Origin: a virus
Lineage: Duplodnaviria; Caudoviricetes
Virus record (IMG/VR): IMGVR_UViG_3300016484_000734
Coordinates: 1-36,280 of that record
DNA length: 36,280 nt
Reading direction: 5' to 3' (one strand)
Below the pieces are notes generated by a model that made no database searches, was not told the DNA's origin, and saw nothing but the letters and a program-made list of their open reading frames with translations. Below, in pieces: positions 8,350-18,781 of the stretch. A program made the translations under genes and the position numbers. The first letter of the stretch is position 1, and the number at the start of each line of letters is the position of its first letter.

Positions 8350-9579
8350 ATGAACAAAATCGACAACGTGCGCATGTTTTGCGCAATCCAGAAGAGCCAA
8401 GCCGAGGATGACGGGACTATCCGAGTGTGGGGCGTCGCCTCTACTGATGCGGTAGACTCTGACGGCGAGACCGTGACCGCCGACGCAATGCGCAAGGCCT
8501 TGCCGGGCTACATGGAATTTGGCAATGTACGCGAAATGCACCGCCCGTCCGCCGTTGGCAAAGCGCTTGAAATCGAAGTGCAGGATGATGGGCGCACCAT
8601 GTTTTGCGCGCACATCGTTGACCCGGTAGCCGTGAAGAAAGTACAGGCGGGTGTGTACAGTGGCTTTTCTATCGGCGGCTCTGCTACTGAGCGTGACAAA
8701 GATGATCGAAACATTATCAAGGGCATTCGCCTGACTGAAATTAGTCTAGTTGACCGCCCAGCAAATCCTGAAGCAAAGATTACCATGTTCAAAGGGGACG
8801 ACGTGAAAGACGAAAACGAAATCGACCTGATTGCTGATGCCCTGAGTAAGGGCGAGGTGCAGCCGGGGCAACTGCTGAAATATGTGCAGCGTGAAGCTAA
8901 AATTTCCGAAGTGCTGACCAAATATGCCGGGGAGAATTTGCAGGATTCGCGTGTCGCGCTGGCCTGTCTGGTTGCCCTCTCCGACCTACTGTTGGGCGAG
9001 GAATCAGAAGCGGCAGAAGGCGAACATCCAGAAGCCTCGCAACAGGTTGCAGCACTGCGCACTGCCATCTCCAGCCTGAAAGCGTTTATCGCGGCTGAAA
9101 TCATGGAAGAGGACGGAGAAAAAGAACAGGAAGGCGACCAAATCGAAATGGCGGAAGGCTCCGGCGACATTCAAAAGGCCGGTGCGCGCTTTTCAGAGGC
9201 TACAAAATCGGCATTATCGGAATTGCACGAAACAGTGCAAAAGTGCAACGACCATTTGAACAAGCTGGGATATCTGAATGACTCCGAAAAATCGGATAGC
9301 GAATCTAGCTTGCAAAAGGCTGAAATCGCCAAAGGCCTGGACACAATCGCCAAACTTGAAAGCGACCTGAAAGCCAAGGATGACGCTTTGGCAAAATCCG
9401 AGGCGCGGGTAAAAGAGCTTGAAGCTATGCCTGCACCCTCAAAGCTGGAGGCCGCTGCCGTGGCGAAGGAAGGCGGCAAGCCGAAAGAAGAATTTGCCGA
9501 GGAATTGGCAAAGATGACGCCGATTGAGGCGGCGGTGGCATTGCAAAAAATGCAAATTGAGCAAAAGACCCGCCAATAA
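8350..9579 (+). CDS. Prohead protease/scaffold protein
   Basis: VWGVAST..VDSDGE, VREMH, YSGFSIGG and EISLVDRPANPEA, followed by an acidic coiled-coil C-terminal half. Confidence 0.9.
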   Translation: MNKIDNVRMFCAIQKSQAEDDGTIRVWGVASTDAVDSDGETVTADAMRKALPGYMEFGNVREMHRPSAVGKALEIEVQDDGRTMFCAHIVDPVAVKKVQAGVYSGFSIGGSATERDKDDRNIIKGIRLTEISLVDRPANPEAKITMFKGDDVKDENEIDLIADALSKGEVQPGQLLKYVQREAKISEVLTKYAGENLQDSRVALACLVALSDLLLGEESEAAEGEHPEASQQVAALRTAISSLKAFIAAEIMEEDGEKEQEGDQIEMAEGSGDIQKAGARFSEATKSALSELHETVQKCNDHLNKLGYLNDSEKSDSESSLQKAEIAKGLDTIAKLESDLKAKDDALAKSEARVKELEAMPAPSKLEAAAVAKEGGKPKEEFAEELAKMTPIEAAVALQKMQIEQKTRQ

Positions 9580-9596
9580 CCCGAAAGGAAAAAACC

Positions 9597-11126
9597 ATGA
9601 ACGTGCTGCAAAATAACATCGCATCCGCGATTGACACTTTGACCAAGGCAATTTCATCCGGGCCCGACCCGCTGATGAAGAGCTTTGTGCAAAACACCAA
9701 CCCGACGCAAGGGCTGCAAGCGTATGACCTGCAAGCGCCTGCCCTACTGTTGTGTCCAGTACTGACACCTTTACGCAATTCCATCCCTCGCGTTTCCGGC
9801 GGATACGGCGTGCAGGCAAACTGGAAGGCCATTACCGGCATTAACACTGCGAATGTTCGTCCCGGTGTTGGCGAAGGAAAACGCGGCGGCGTAGTGTCTC
9901 ACACCACTGCTGAATACTTCGCGGCTTATCGCACACTGGGACTGGAAGATTCTGTGAGCTTTGAAGCGCAAAACGCCGCGCAGACTTTTGACGACTTGAA
10001 AGCCCGCGCACAAATCGGCCTGTTGCAAGCGCATTTTATTGGCGAAGAACGAGCCATCCTAGGCGGCAACACCTCGGTGGCATTGGGAACTACCCCAACG
10101 CCTACAACAAGCACCGCAACAACCGGAGGCACTATCACGGCTGCGACCTATTCCGTGATTTGCGTGGCATTGGGGCCGCAAGCCTATCTGGATTTGGCTG
10201 GCTTTAACAATGGCTACATGGGCCGCGTGGTGTCTCCTGCCACCGCAACCATTGCCGGGCAGATCACCCGCACAAATGCTGACGGTACTACCGACACATT
10301 TGGCGACGGTTCTGCGCAAAAGTCCGCTGCTGCTGCTGTGACAACTACCGGCGCCACCTCTACAGTGTCCGCAACCGTTGCCGCCGTTAATGGCGCATCC
10401 GGCTATGCTTGGTTCTTCGGAGCGGCAGGTTCTGAACGTCTGGCGGCAATTACCAGCATCAACAGCATGGTGCTGACCGCCCCGGCAGACGCTGGCGCGC
10501 AACTGGCAAGCACTTTGGCTGCATCCGACAACTCTACAAGCGCCCTTGAATTTGACGGGCTGCTGACTCAGGCATTCAAGCCGAATAGCGGTGCTTACAT
10601 CAAGGTTATGCCAACCGGTACGGCTGGCACTGGTACTGGCTTGACCGCCGACGGTGCTGGCGGCATTGCGGAATTTGAGGAAGCCTTCCTGAGCTTCTAC
10701 AACAAGTACCGCATGTCACCTACCGTGATTTACATGAGCGCGGTGGATTTGGTTAACGTCAGCAAGAAAATCATCGGCAACGGCGGTGCGCCCCTGATTC
10801 GCTTGTCTGTGGATGCCACGAATCCCGCCAGCATTTCCGCTGGTACGGTGGTCGGCGAGTACCTTAACAAGGTAATGCAGACCAAAATCAAGCTGCTGGT
10901 TCACCCAAATATGCCACAGGGCACGGTGTTCTTTTTCAGCGCGACAATCCCTTACCCATTGGGCGGGGCGCAAAACGTCGTGCAAATGAAGATGCGTCAG
11001 GACTACCATGCAATCGAATGGCCTTTGCAAAGCCGCTCGTACAAGTACGGCGTGTACTCTGATGGCGTGCTGCAACACTACGCGCCTTTCTCAATGGGCT
11101 TGATCACCAACATCGCAAACGCCTAA
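9597..11126 (+). CDS. Major capsid protein with an inserted Thr/Ala-rich Ig/FN3-like domain
   Basis: Follows the protease. Motifs YDLQAPA..L.PVLTPLRNSIPRV and YAPFSMG.ITNI. AAAGGA RBS. Confidence 0.85.
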   Translation: MNVLQNNIASAIDTLTKAISSGPDPLMKSFVQNTNPTQGLQAYDLQAPALLLCPVLTPLRNSIPRVSGGYGVQANWKAITGINTANVRPGVGEGKRGGVVSHTTAEYFAAYRTLGLEDSVSFEAQNAAQTFDDLKARAQIGLLQAHFIGEERAILGGNTSVALGTTPTPTTSTATTGGTITAATYSVICVALGPQAYLDLAGFNNGYMGRVVSPATATIAGQITRTNADGTTDTFGDGSAQKSAAAAVTTTGATSTVSATVAAVNGASGYAWFFGAAGSERLAAITSINSMVLTAPADAGAQLASTLAASDNSTSALEFDGLLTQAFKPNSGAYIKVMPTGTAGTGTGLTADGAGGIAEFEEAFLSFYNKYRMSPTVIYMSAVDLVNVSKKIIGNGGAPLIRLSVDATNPASISAGTVVGEYLNKVMQTKIKLLVHPNMPQGTVFFFSATIPYPLGGAQNVVQMKMRQDYHAIEWPLQSRSYKYGVYSDGVLQHYAPFSMGLITNIANA

Positions 11127-11136
11127 AGGGTAAATC

Positions 11137-11685
11137 GTGACTGACTTTTGCACCGTCGCGCAGGTCAAAGAGTTCGCTGGCATTCAGACGGCGAACTCTG
11201 ACGCACTCATCGCAAGGCTTATTACGTCAGCATCGGCGTTTATTCGCAACTGGTGTGGTAGCAACATCACCACATCGGCGGCGGCTGAATATCGCAACGG
11301 TGACGGGGGGGCGCGCATGATGCTCACCGCCAGACCAGTGACGGCGGTGCAATCTCTGACTATCGACGGGCTTACCATTTCACCGGGTAGCCCGACGGTA
11401 GCGGGTTATTTGTTCGATTCTCGCGGGTTGTACCTAACCGGCGGGCTTGTTTTCACTCGCGGAGGTCAAAACGTCGCGGTGGCTTATACAGCCGGGCTTA
11501 GTACAGTGCCATCTGACATTGAGGGAGCGTGCATAGAGCTTGTGGCAACTCGGTTTCGCGAAAAAGACCGCATCGGGCTGGCTTCGCAAGCTCTGCAAGG
11601 TCAGTCGGTTTCATTCACCGCGAAGGAAGCGCCAGAATCGGTGCTTTCCGTCCTGCGACAATATCGCAACGTAGTCCCACTTTAA
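11137..11685 (+). CDS. Head-tail connector (adaptor, gp6-like)
   Basis: TVAQVKEF, LITSASAFIRNWC, VP.DIEGACIELVA and VL.QYR. Located right after the capsid gene. Confidence 0.8.
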   Translation: MTDFCTVAQVKEFAGIQTANSDALIARLITSASAFIRNWCGSNITTSAAAEYRNGDGGARMMLTARPVTAVQSLTIDGLTISPGSPTVAGYLFDSRGLYLTGGLVFTRGGQNVAVAYTAGLSTVPSDIEGACIELVATRFREKDRIGLASQALQGQSVSFTAKEAPESVLSVLRQYRNVVPL

Positions 11686-11695
11686 GGAGTAACCC

Positions 11696-11899
11696 ATGAA
11701 ATATAAAGCCCTGTATGGGCAGGATCAATTGAACGTCGGCGGGCGGGTTTTTACTGTCACCGACGGCGTTTTGGATTTGCCTTTCCCAGTTTCCGACGCT
11801 CAAATCCGTTCGGCAGGGTTTATCCCGTTGGCAGAATTTGAGGCGGCAGAAGCTGAAAAATTCACGGCATCCAAGCCAGCAAAAAAGGCCACTGAATAA
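11696..11899 (+). CDS. Small virion-associated hypothetical protein
   Basis: AAGGAG RBS, inside the structural operon. Confidence 0.7.
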   Translation: MKYKALYGQDQLNVGGRVFTVTDGVLDLPFPVSDAQIRSAGFIPLAEFEAAEAEKFTASKPAKKATE

Positions 11900-12348
11900 T
11901 GGCAATCTCTGCCCAACTCATCGGAAGCGAAGAAGTCGCGCACGCTTTCGCGCTGTATCCTGAAAAGGTGCGTGAGGCTTTGGGCGGTGCTGCACTAAAA
12001 ATGGCTATTCTGGCCTCTCGCACTTCCGTGACTGAGTACATAGACGGGCAACGACTGGCGGTTCAGACCGGCACGCTTGCGCGTTCTGTGGTGGCATCAC
12101 CAAAGCGGGTAGATGATGGGCATGTGGTAGGTGCGTCTTTTGGTACAAATGTCGGGTATGGCGTGGCTTATGAAACTGGTGACTGGGCTGGCTTGGTTCG
12201 TGAAGTGCTTGAAAAGCAGGAGCTGCGATTCGAGCCGGTGCGCGGGCTTGGCAAAAAACGCCCATTCCTGGAACCGGCCCTGAAACAGTTGGAAGCCCGT
12301 ATCGACATGGAATTCCGCACGGCATTGGAGGGTGTGAATTTTGGCTAA
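11899..12348 (+). CDS. HK97 gp10-like neck/tail completion protein
   Basis: VQTGTLARS, GTNVGYG..YE.G and RPFLEPAL. Confidence 0.8.
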   Translation: MAISAQLIGSEEVAHAFALYPEKVREALGGAALKMAILASRTSVTEYIDGQRLAVQTGTLARSVVASPKRVDDGHVVGASFGTNVGYGVAYETGDWAGLVREVLEKQELRFEPVRGLGKKRPFLEPALKQLEARIDMEFRTALEGVNFG

Positions 12349-12793
12349 CGAATCTCTGCGCGTGCGAAATGCCCTGTCTCAGTACATGGGGCAGAAAATA
12401 GCCGGACTTGCCCGCGTTGATCAAAGTATGGCGCACTTTTCTCAAGTATCCCAGTCCGACATGCCCGCGCTGTTCGTGGCGACGTTTAGCGTGGAATCTG
12501 CGCAACTGGAGCAAGCACAATTTGCGCGGATGACAGCCAACTACGACGTAATTATTTACATCGCCGTGCCTGACGGGGATGACGAGGCGGCGACAGCGTT
12601 GGGTATGCTTGACCAAGTTCGCAAGGCTTTTGACAAGCAGGCACATCGAAGCATTGGTGCTTTGGCAAATCAAGATGGCTTGGATTTTGTGCAAATTGAA
12701 AAGGCCGTGCTGAACGGTCAAATTAAAATCGGCGGGGGCATTGTGCATCAAACGGCCCTCATTTCCATCCCGGTTCAAATCACGTACTTTTAG
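12341..12793 (+). CDS. Putative tail terminator
   Basis: Size and position immediately before the tail tube gene. TTG start after GGAGG. Confidence 0.6.
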   Translation: MANESLRVRNALSQYMGQKIAGLARVDQSMAHFSQVSQSDMPALFVATFSVESAQLEQAQFARMTANYDVIIYIAVPDGDDEAATALGMLDQVRKAFDKQAHRSIGALANQDGLDFVQIEKAVLNGQIKIGGGIVHQTALISIPVQITYF

Positions 12794-12802
12794 GAGAATT
12801 AA

Positions 12803-13951
12803 ATGGAAATTCGACACACTGGCGGCAATTCGTTACCCGGCGTTTTGGCGGTGTACTTTGGTCGCACACACAACGCAGACGGCTCGGCGGTAGTCATGCC
12901 TCAGGCTTTCAAAATTGAATCCATCAAGGATGTTTCAATCGAAGAAGGCGGTAAGCTGGTGACGTATCAGGGCAAAGGCAATACCCCTGTTGTTGGCTTC
13001 GACGGCGGGCGCGCTCCAAAAATCACCATAAACGGCGAAGGTTCTACCGCATTCATGGATGCGCTGTTGCAAGCGGTTAATTCGACGACCGTGCAGTATG
13101 GTCGCGCACGCGGATCGTGGCGTGAGCGCACCCCGCTGTTTGTGCCACAAACCGCATCCGCTGCACCTACAGGGGTAGCGTCTGTTTCGGGCGGTGCTTT
13201 GTCCGCTGGTAATCACTACGCCGTGGTAGTGGCCTACAACTCAAGTAATCAGCCCATTTGCCGTTCTGCTGAATCTTTGGCGGTGGCTACAACTGGCACG
13301 GCGTCCTCGATCGCCTGGACTTGGGCGGCTGTAGCAGGTGCAACCACTTACCGTCTGTTTGTAGGTACTGCGACCGGGGTTTATCCAGCAAACAGCGGCC
13401 AGATTTTCGGCACCACATACTCGCAAGTTGTTGATTTGCCGGTATCTGGCCTGACAATCCCGACGCTAACAGCCAACACCATCAACCTGATGGCAATTCC
13501 TGGTGTTCCTGCGGGCGCGACTTTCGACACGCTGGATAGCATTTCTAGCTTTACCGAAGGCGGTAAGGTTTACGAAGTGGTGACAACAGCACCGGCTAAG
13601 GATCAGGTACAGGTGTCTGGTGCGGGTGTGCTGACATTCAGCACGCTGGATCAGGGCGTAGGTATCAATGTGGACTTTGGGTTTAGCTATTCGGTAGTTG
13701 ATGCCATTTCCTACGACGACCAGGTGAATGAAACCGGCGGCAAGCCTCGTTTCTCCCTGAAAATCGTCACTCAAGGATCGAGCGCGGAAGCCGTGACCGT
13801 GTACGAATACCCATGCGTGTACGTCAGCAACCACAATAACAAGCTGGTGAAGCAGGCTGTGCACACTTTCACCCTGACGCTGGAAGCCGTTGCGTTTGCT
13901 GGCAACAAGCTGCGCACCGTTTCCACATTGCCAGCACCGTTTTACGGTTAA
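12803..13951 (+). CDS. Major tail (tube) protein with an Ig/FN3-like insertion
   Basis: Precedes the chaperone and tape-measure genes. AGGAG RBS. Beta-rich, with a WAAVAGATTYRLFVGT motif. Confidence 0.75.
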   Translation: MEIRHTGGNSLPGVLAVYFGRTHNADGSAVVMPQAFKIESIKDVSIEEGGKLVTYQGKGNTPVVGFDGGRAPKITINGEGSTAFMDALLQAVNSTTVQYGRARGSWRERTPLFVPQTASAAPTGVASVSGGALSAGNHYAVVVAYNSSNQPICRSAESLAVATTGTASSIAWTWAAVAGATTYRLFVGTATGVYPANSGQIFGTTYSQVVDLPVSGLTIPTLTANTINLMAIPGVPAGATFDTLDSISSFTEGGKVYEVVTTAPAKDQVQVSGAGVLTFSTLDQGVGINVDFGFSYSVVDAISYDDQVNETGGKPRFSLKIVTQGSSAEAVTVYEYPCVYVSNHNNKLVKQAVHTFTLTLEAVAFAGNKLRTVSTLPAPFYG

Positions 13952-13964
13952 GGAGTAGATCATC

Positions 13965-14306
13965 ATGGCTATTTTTGAAAAAGCCCAGCCTTTCCGCAAG
14001 TCAGGCGTCCCTGTTGAAGTGTTTGAGGGTGAAGTGTGGATAATCCCCGCCGTGCCGAATCGGCTGGGATTGGAAATCCGCAACATTGCAGCCGAATTCT
14101 CGGCGAAAGTTGCGGCAAGCGAGGCAACCGGCGCGCAACTCGCTGGTCTTGCTGGGGCTGTTCTACGCTCTAACTATGTTGTTACGCAATCGGACGAGCA
14201 GTTGGACGAAATTCTTTCGCCTGCGGACTGTTTGGCAATTTTTGAAGCCTACAAGCAAGCAAACGGACTGACCGGCGGAGGGGATGGATCGGGGGAAGTC
14301 CGCTAG
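13965..14306 (+). CDS. Tail assembly chaperone (gpG-like)
   Basis: Lies between the tube and TMP genes and ends just after a slippery site. Confidence 0.8.
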   Translation: MAIFEKAQPFRKSGVPVEVFEGEVWIIPAVPNRLGLEIRNIAAEFSAKVAASEATGAQLAGLAGAVLRSNYVVTQSDEQLDEILSPADCLAIFEAYKQANGLTGGGDGSGEVR

Positions 14307-14500
14307 AGCTTGAGGAGCTTTGTCTGTACGTCTGCCAGTCTTTCGGCTGGCAGTACGAGTATGTTCTGGACAATCTCACCATGCTCGACATCATCCGTAT
14401 TATCAACTTCCACCAAAAGCACCCCCCCGCCTTTGTTCAAATGGCGCGCACCAATGCCATGCTTGAGGCAATAATGACCGGATACATGGGATTTGAGTAA
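13965..14500 (+). CDS. Tail assembly chaperone gpGT-like product of a -1 frameshift at 14291..14297
   Basis: G GGG GAA lies in the 0 frame. The -1 frame is open (GSPLELEELCLYVCQSFGWQYEYVLDNLTML...MGFE) to TAA 14498-14500, which overlaps the TMP ATG. Confidence 0.85.
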
Positions 14501-16944
14501 TGGCAAACAACATCGAAGTAAAAGTCACGGCTGACGTTTCGGAGCTTTTAAAGCAATTCGGACTGTCAGAAAAGTCCGCCAGTGATTCTGCTAAATCAAT
14601 TTCAGAATCATGGGAAAAAACGCGAGCCGCCTTTGAAAAGGGGCTGTCAGCCGCAACGATTGAAGATGCCGGTAAGCGCGCATCACAAATTTTCATCGAA
14701 ACCCGCACATCTGCGGAAAAGCTGCAAAGCAACATGTCCGAACTCGACGCCCTGTTTAAACTTGGGGCAATCGACGCTGACACATTCGCACGCGCTACCG
14801 ATAAGGTGCGCGGGGCAATGCGCGAGGCCGACAGCGAAGGTAGCGCACTCACCACGGGCCTGAAAAGCCTTGCCGCAACGATGGCCGCTGGTCTTTCCGT
14901 GCAGATGTTCACGTCTGCCATTCAAGGCTCTGTCGACATGGCCGACAACCTAAAGGACTTGTCAGCAAAAACAGGCGCGACCGTTGAAACGCTTGCCGGT
15001 TTATCGCTCGCGGCGGGGAATTCGGGCACAAGCCTTGACTCCGTAGCCGTTGGGGTCAAATTCCTGTCTGCCAACATCGCCAGCGGCAAGGGTGACCTAG
15101 AATCGCTTGGGATTGCGACAAAAGACCCGACACAGGCCATGGTGCAGCTTGCCGACGTTTTCGCCGGTATCGAATCCCCTGCTGACAAATCAGCCCTAGC
15201 CGTTAAGCTGTTTGGCAAGGCTGGCACGGAAATGCTACCCATGCTGGCAGATGGCAGTGCTGCGCTGCAAGAAATGATAGATGCGGGGACGAAGTACAGC
15301 AACATCACCACCGACATGGCCGCTCAATCCGATGGCTTCAACGACCGCATGGGCAACATGCGCGCCCAGATGCAGGGCAATTTTGCCGTGATTTCCGGGC
15401 AGATGTTGCCAGCGCTTAATGGGTTGCTGGATGCGTTTATGAGCGACTCAGGAGGGGCGGATTCGCTGCGCACTGCCGGGGATGCTCTTGTAGTCACGCT
15501 GCGCGCTCTTGTCACTGCCGGGGTGACAACTCAAGCAATCTTTGCCGACGTGGGCGACGCGATTTATCACGCTGGGGCTGCTGCTGCTGCTGCTGCGACG
15601 GGTGACTTTAAGCAAGCGTCGGCGGAAATTGACGCCATCGGAGCAAACCACGAAAAGCGCATGAATGAGCTAGGCGCGAAACTGTCAAAAGTCTGGACGG
15701 ACGCGACTGCCGACGGCGGTGGCGATAAAAAAACAAACAGCGTGGAAATCCAGCGAAGCATTCGGGACATTGTTTCCAAGCCTGAAAAACAGGGAAACGG
15801 ATCGGATGCAGAAGCCCGCAAGGCGGAACGTGAGGCAGAACAGGCTAAACGAATGGCGGAGCGAGTCGCGCAAATTGAACTTGAGGCCGGGAAAGCGCGC
15901 CAGATTGCCGAAATCGGCGTAGAGGAAGAACTGCTGGCCCGCAAAAAGGCACTCGGAGAAGTAAGCGGACTGGACGCCATCAAGCAAGCGCAGGACTTGG
16001 CGAATCGCCGGTATGAAATCGAACTGCAAAGCGCCAAAGCACTTGAAGCCATGCACGTCGGGAAGGCTGACGCGCTGGCGCAGGACAAAGCAAAGCAAGC
16101 GGCAATCGAAGCAAAACACTCAGCAGACCTTATTAAGCTGGAAACCGCCACCCAAGTAGAGCTTAAAAAGCAAAAAGACAAGGCCGCTGCCGACGATCTG
16201 AAGCGTCAAAACGAAACATGGAAGCCAATTGATGACGCAATGCAGAAATCCATCAAGGGCTATCTGGACGGGACAATGACTGCGCACGGCGCAATTGCCG
16301 CATCGTGGCAAGCCTTGGGCGGAATGGTATCAAGCGCGCTGGCAAAGATTGTGCAGGACGAAATCACGGCGAACATCCAAAGCCTGATAAGCTCCAAAAC
16401 CAAGGCCATGGGCGAGGTTACAGTGGCCGCTGGATCGGCTGCCGCAAAGGCCGCCGAATCGCAAGCAAGCATCCCGGTAGCTGGCCCAGCACTTGCGGCT
16501 GGTGCTTTTGCATCCACCATGGGGCTTGTGCTGGGCGCGCTGGGCATTGTTTCGTCAGTTCCAAGCGCGGCGGGCGGTTTTGACATCCCGGTAGGTGTAA
16601 ATCCACTCACCCAGCTACACGAACAGGAAATGGTTTTGCCGAAAGAGGACGCGAACACTATGCGCGCTCTTCGAGGGCTGCACCTGTCAGCACCACAAAT
16701 TCCGCAAGTTCCGCAAGCCTCAATGTCGCATTCCGTTGCTGTGCCAAGCGGTGGCGCTGTACCGGCGTTAAACGGCGCTGCAAGTTTTGCGGCGAAGAAT
16801 GGGCAAGGTGGGCAGAAATCGGCACAATCGCCGGTAATCAACATCACCGCAACCGACGTGCACAGCTTCGGGCAGATGATGCGCTCCAACCCTAATGCAC
16901 TGACGGACGCATTCAATCATTCAAGCAGGCTGTTCAACAAATGA
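14500..16944 (+). CDS. Tape measure protein
   Basis: 814 aa, Ala-rich and helical. C-terminal SAAGGFDIP.G.NPLTQLHEQEMVLP motif. Confidence 0.92.
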   Translation: MANNIEVKVTADVSELLKQFGLSEKSASDSAKSISESWEKTRAAFEKGLSAATIEDAGKRASQIFIETRTSAEKLQSNMSELDALFKLGAIDADTFARATDKVRGAMREADSEGSALTTGLKSLAATMAAGLSVQMFTSAIQGSVDMADNLKDLSAKTGATVETLAGLSLAAGNSGTSLDSVAVGVKFLSANIASGKGDLESLGIATKDPTQAMVQLADVFAGIESPADKSALAVKLFGKAGTEMLPMLADGSAALQEMIDAGTKYSNITTDMAAQSDGFNDRMGNMRAQMQGNFAVISGQMLPALNGLLDAFMSDSGGADSLRTAGDALVVTLRALVTAGVTTQAIFADVGDAIYHAGAAAAAAATGDFKQASAEIDAIGANHEKRMNELGAKLSKVWTDATADGGGDKKTNSVEIQRSIRDIVSKPEKQGNGSDAEARKAEREAEQAKRMAERVAQIELEAGKARQIAEIGVEEELLARKKALGEVSGLDAIKQAQDLANRRYEIELQSAKALEAMHVGKADALAQDKAKQAAIEAKHSADLIKLETATQVELKKQKDKAAADDLKRQNETWKPIDDAMQKSIKGYLDGTMTAHGAIAASWQALGGMVSSALAKIVQDEITANIQSLISSKTKAMGEVTVAAGSAAAKAAESQASIPVAGPALAAGAFASTMGLVLGALGIVSSVPSAAGGFDIPVGVNPLTQLHEQEMVLPKEDANTMRALRGLHLSAPQIPQVPQASMSHSVAVPSGGAVPALNGAASFAAKNGQGGQKSAQSPVINITATDVHSFGQMMRSNPNALTDAFNHSSRLFNK

Positions 16945-17564
16945 GCAATGAACTCTTCCCGACGTTCTACGGCATAAAGTTTGAGATGACCACCACACCG
17001 GAATACCGGACGGTTAACCAGCGCTCGCTTTCTGGTGTGGAGGTGCGCATCGGGTTCATGGATTCGCCGTTAAAAACCTTTCAGCTTAACCTTGAATTCC
17101 TGTATGAGGCGTTCAAAACAAACGGCGTGGGCGAATGGCGACAATTCGAGTCGTTTTTTATGGCGCGGCATGGCATGTTGGACAATTTCCTGTTCAGCAA
17201 CCGCAACGACAACACGGCGACGGCGGAAGTATTCGCCACGGGCAACGGCGTTACGCTTGCCTTTGACTTAACTCGCGCATTCGGGCAAGTCGTTGAAAAG
17301 GTACACAATCCAGTAGCAGCCGGGCTGACGATTTACAAGACCGTGGCAGGCGTGCGCACACTTGCAACAGGCTGGACGCTTGGGGCAAATGGGAGGATTA
17401 CTTTTGCCGTTGCGCCCGTTGCAGGCGCGGCGCTAGATTGGACTGGCACCTTCCTTTATCGTGTGCGGTTCAACTCTGACAAGTTGCCTGTTGTAAACAA
17501 GTTCAAGGACTTGCACGAAGTGGGCGCGATAGAGCTTGTCGGCTCGTTGCGGAATATCCTATGA
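16941..17564 (+). CDS. Distal tail protein, DUF2460-like
   Basis: SG.E.R, FFMARHG..DNFLF, GNGVT..F.L and YRVRFNSD. Confidence 0.8.
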   Translation: MSNELFPTFYGIKFEMTTTPEYRTVNQRSLSGVEVRIGFMDSPLKTFQLNLEFLYEAFKTNGVGEWRQFESFFMARHGMLDNFLFSNRNDNTATAEVFATGNGVTLAFDLTRAFGQVVEKVHNPVAAGLTIYKTVAGVRTLATGWTLGANGRITFAVAPVAGAALDWTGTFLYRVRFNSDKLPVVNKFKDLHEVGAIELVGSLRNIL

Positions 17565-18358
17565 AAGCAGCCAGCCCTGCACTGCAAGCCATTCTTTCCG
17601 GCGGGTCGTTCATCGCTGTTGATTTGTACACCATCACCGAGGTGGGCGGAACTGTTCACCGCTACACACCCGCGCAGGTTGAGGTGACTTATAACGGCAA
17701 CGTGTACCTGCCAACGGTAATTGACCGCGACGCGGTAAAGCAGAAAATCGGCATAAGCGTGGACACCTGCAACGTGCGACTATCTGGCGGAGACTTCTGC
17801 GCGCTGGCCGTTTTGGGCGCGTTTGACTATGCAGCGGTGGATATTCGCAGGGCGTACACCTTGGATATTTTCGATTTGAGCGCGGGCGCATTGCCGGTAT
17901 TCAGCGGGCGAGTGGCAGAGGCGACGGCGGACGGGATCACGGCGACGCTGGCTGTTAACGCTGAAACGGAATTGTTAAACGTGGCAATACCTCGGCATGT
18001 ATTCCAGCCTGGGTGCATCAACAACTTTTGCGACATTAATTGCGGGCTTGTGCGCTCAGCGCACACCAGCACGCGCATAGTGCAGGCCGGTAGCACGTCA
18101 AGCACGATTTTGCTAAACACCTCTTCTGGGTTTGATATTAACGGCGTGCTGACAATTGCGGGGGTGACTCGCACAATTACCGGGGTAGTCATGGGCGGCA
18201 TCACAATATCCCCGGCCCTAGCCAGCGCCCCCACGGCTGGAACATCCTGCACAGTATTCCACGGGTGCGCCCGCACTGAGGCCGCGTGTACGGCATACGG
18301 CAATTCGTCGCGCTATCGTGGGCAAGCGCGAATCCCAACACCGGCAACCTCAATATGA
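17561..18358 (+). CDS. Tail hub protein, DUF2163/BR0599-like
   Basis: GAFDYA.V, FQPGC.N.FCD..CGL and C-terminal GCART...C...N..RYRG. Confidence 0.82.
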   Translation: MKAASPALQAILSGGSFIAVDLYTITEVGGTVHRYTPAQVEVTYNGNVYLPTVIDRDAVKQKIGISVDTCNVRLSGGDFCALAVLGAFDYAAVDIRRAYTLDIFDLSAGALPVFSGRVAEATADGITATLAVNAETELLNVAIPRHVFQPGCINNFCDINCGLVRSAHTSTRIVQAGSTSSTILLNTSSGFDINGVLTIAGVTRTITGVVMGGITISPALASAPTAGTSCTVFHGCARTEAACTAYGNSSRYRGQARIPTPATSI

Positions 18359-18780
18359 CACCCGAACAACTGGACAAGGTACTTAAAGCCGCGCGCGGAT
18401 GGGTCGGCACGCCATACGCACACAACTGCGCCATAAAGGGTGTTGGCGTGGATTGTGGGCGCATCCTGATTGAGATTTTTACCGAGGCCGGGATGATAGA
18501 GCGCCCCGATTGCGGGCAATACGCCATGAATTTTATGGTTCATCGCGGCGATAATCAGTATCTGGAAATGGTAGAGCGGTTTGCGGATGAAATTGAGCAA
18601 GCGCAGGCACTGGCCGGAGATATTGCAGTCTGGCGCATCGGGCGAACCTACTCTCATGGCGCGCTGATGATTGGCGATGGGAAAATACTCCATTCAAATC
18701 GTGCCGACGGGTGTGCGGTAGAGGATCGCCTAGATCGGTACTTCGGGCACCCTGTAAAATTCTACCGGGTAAGGGGGTAA
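18355..18780 (+). CDS. NlpC/P60 tail-associated peptidase
   Basis: ARGWVGTPY.H...KGVGVDC, and SHGAL...ILHS. Confidence 0.9.
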   Translation: MTPEQLDKVLKAARGWVGTPYAHNCAIKGVGVDCGRILIEIFTEAGMIERPDCGQYAMNFMVHRGDNQYLEMVERFADEIEQAQALAGDIAVWRIGRTYSHGALMIGDGKILHSNRADGCAVEDRLDRYFGHPVKFYRVRG

Positions 18781-18781
18781 T

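Noticed and set aside
15574-15597. (GCT)n tract in the tape measure gene
   Set aside because: It encodes an ordinary poly-Ala run in an Ala-rich helical protein.
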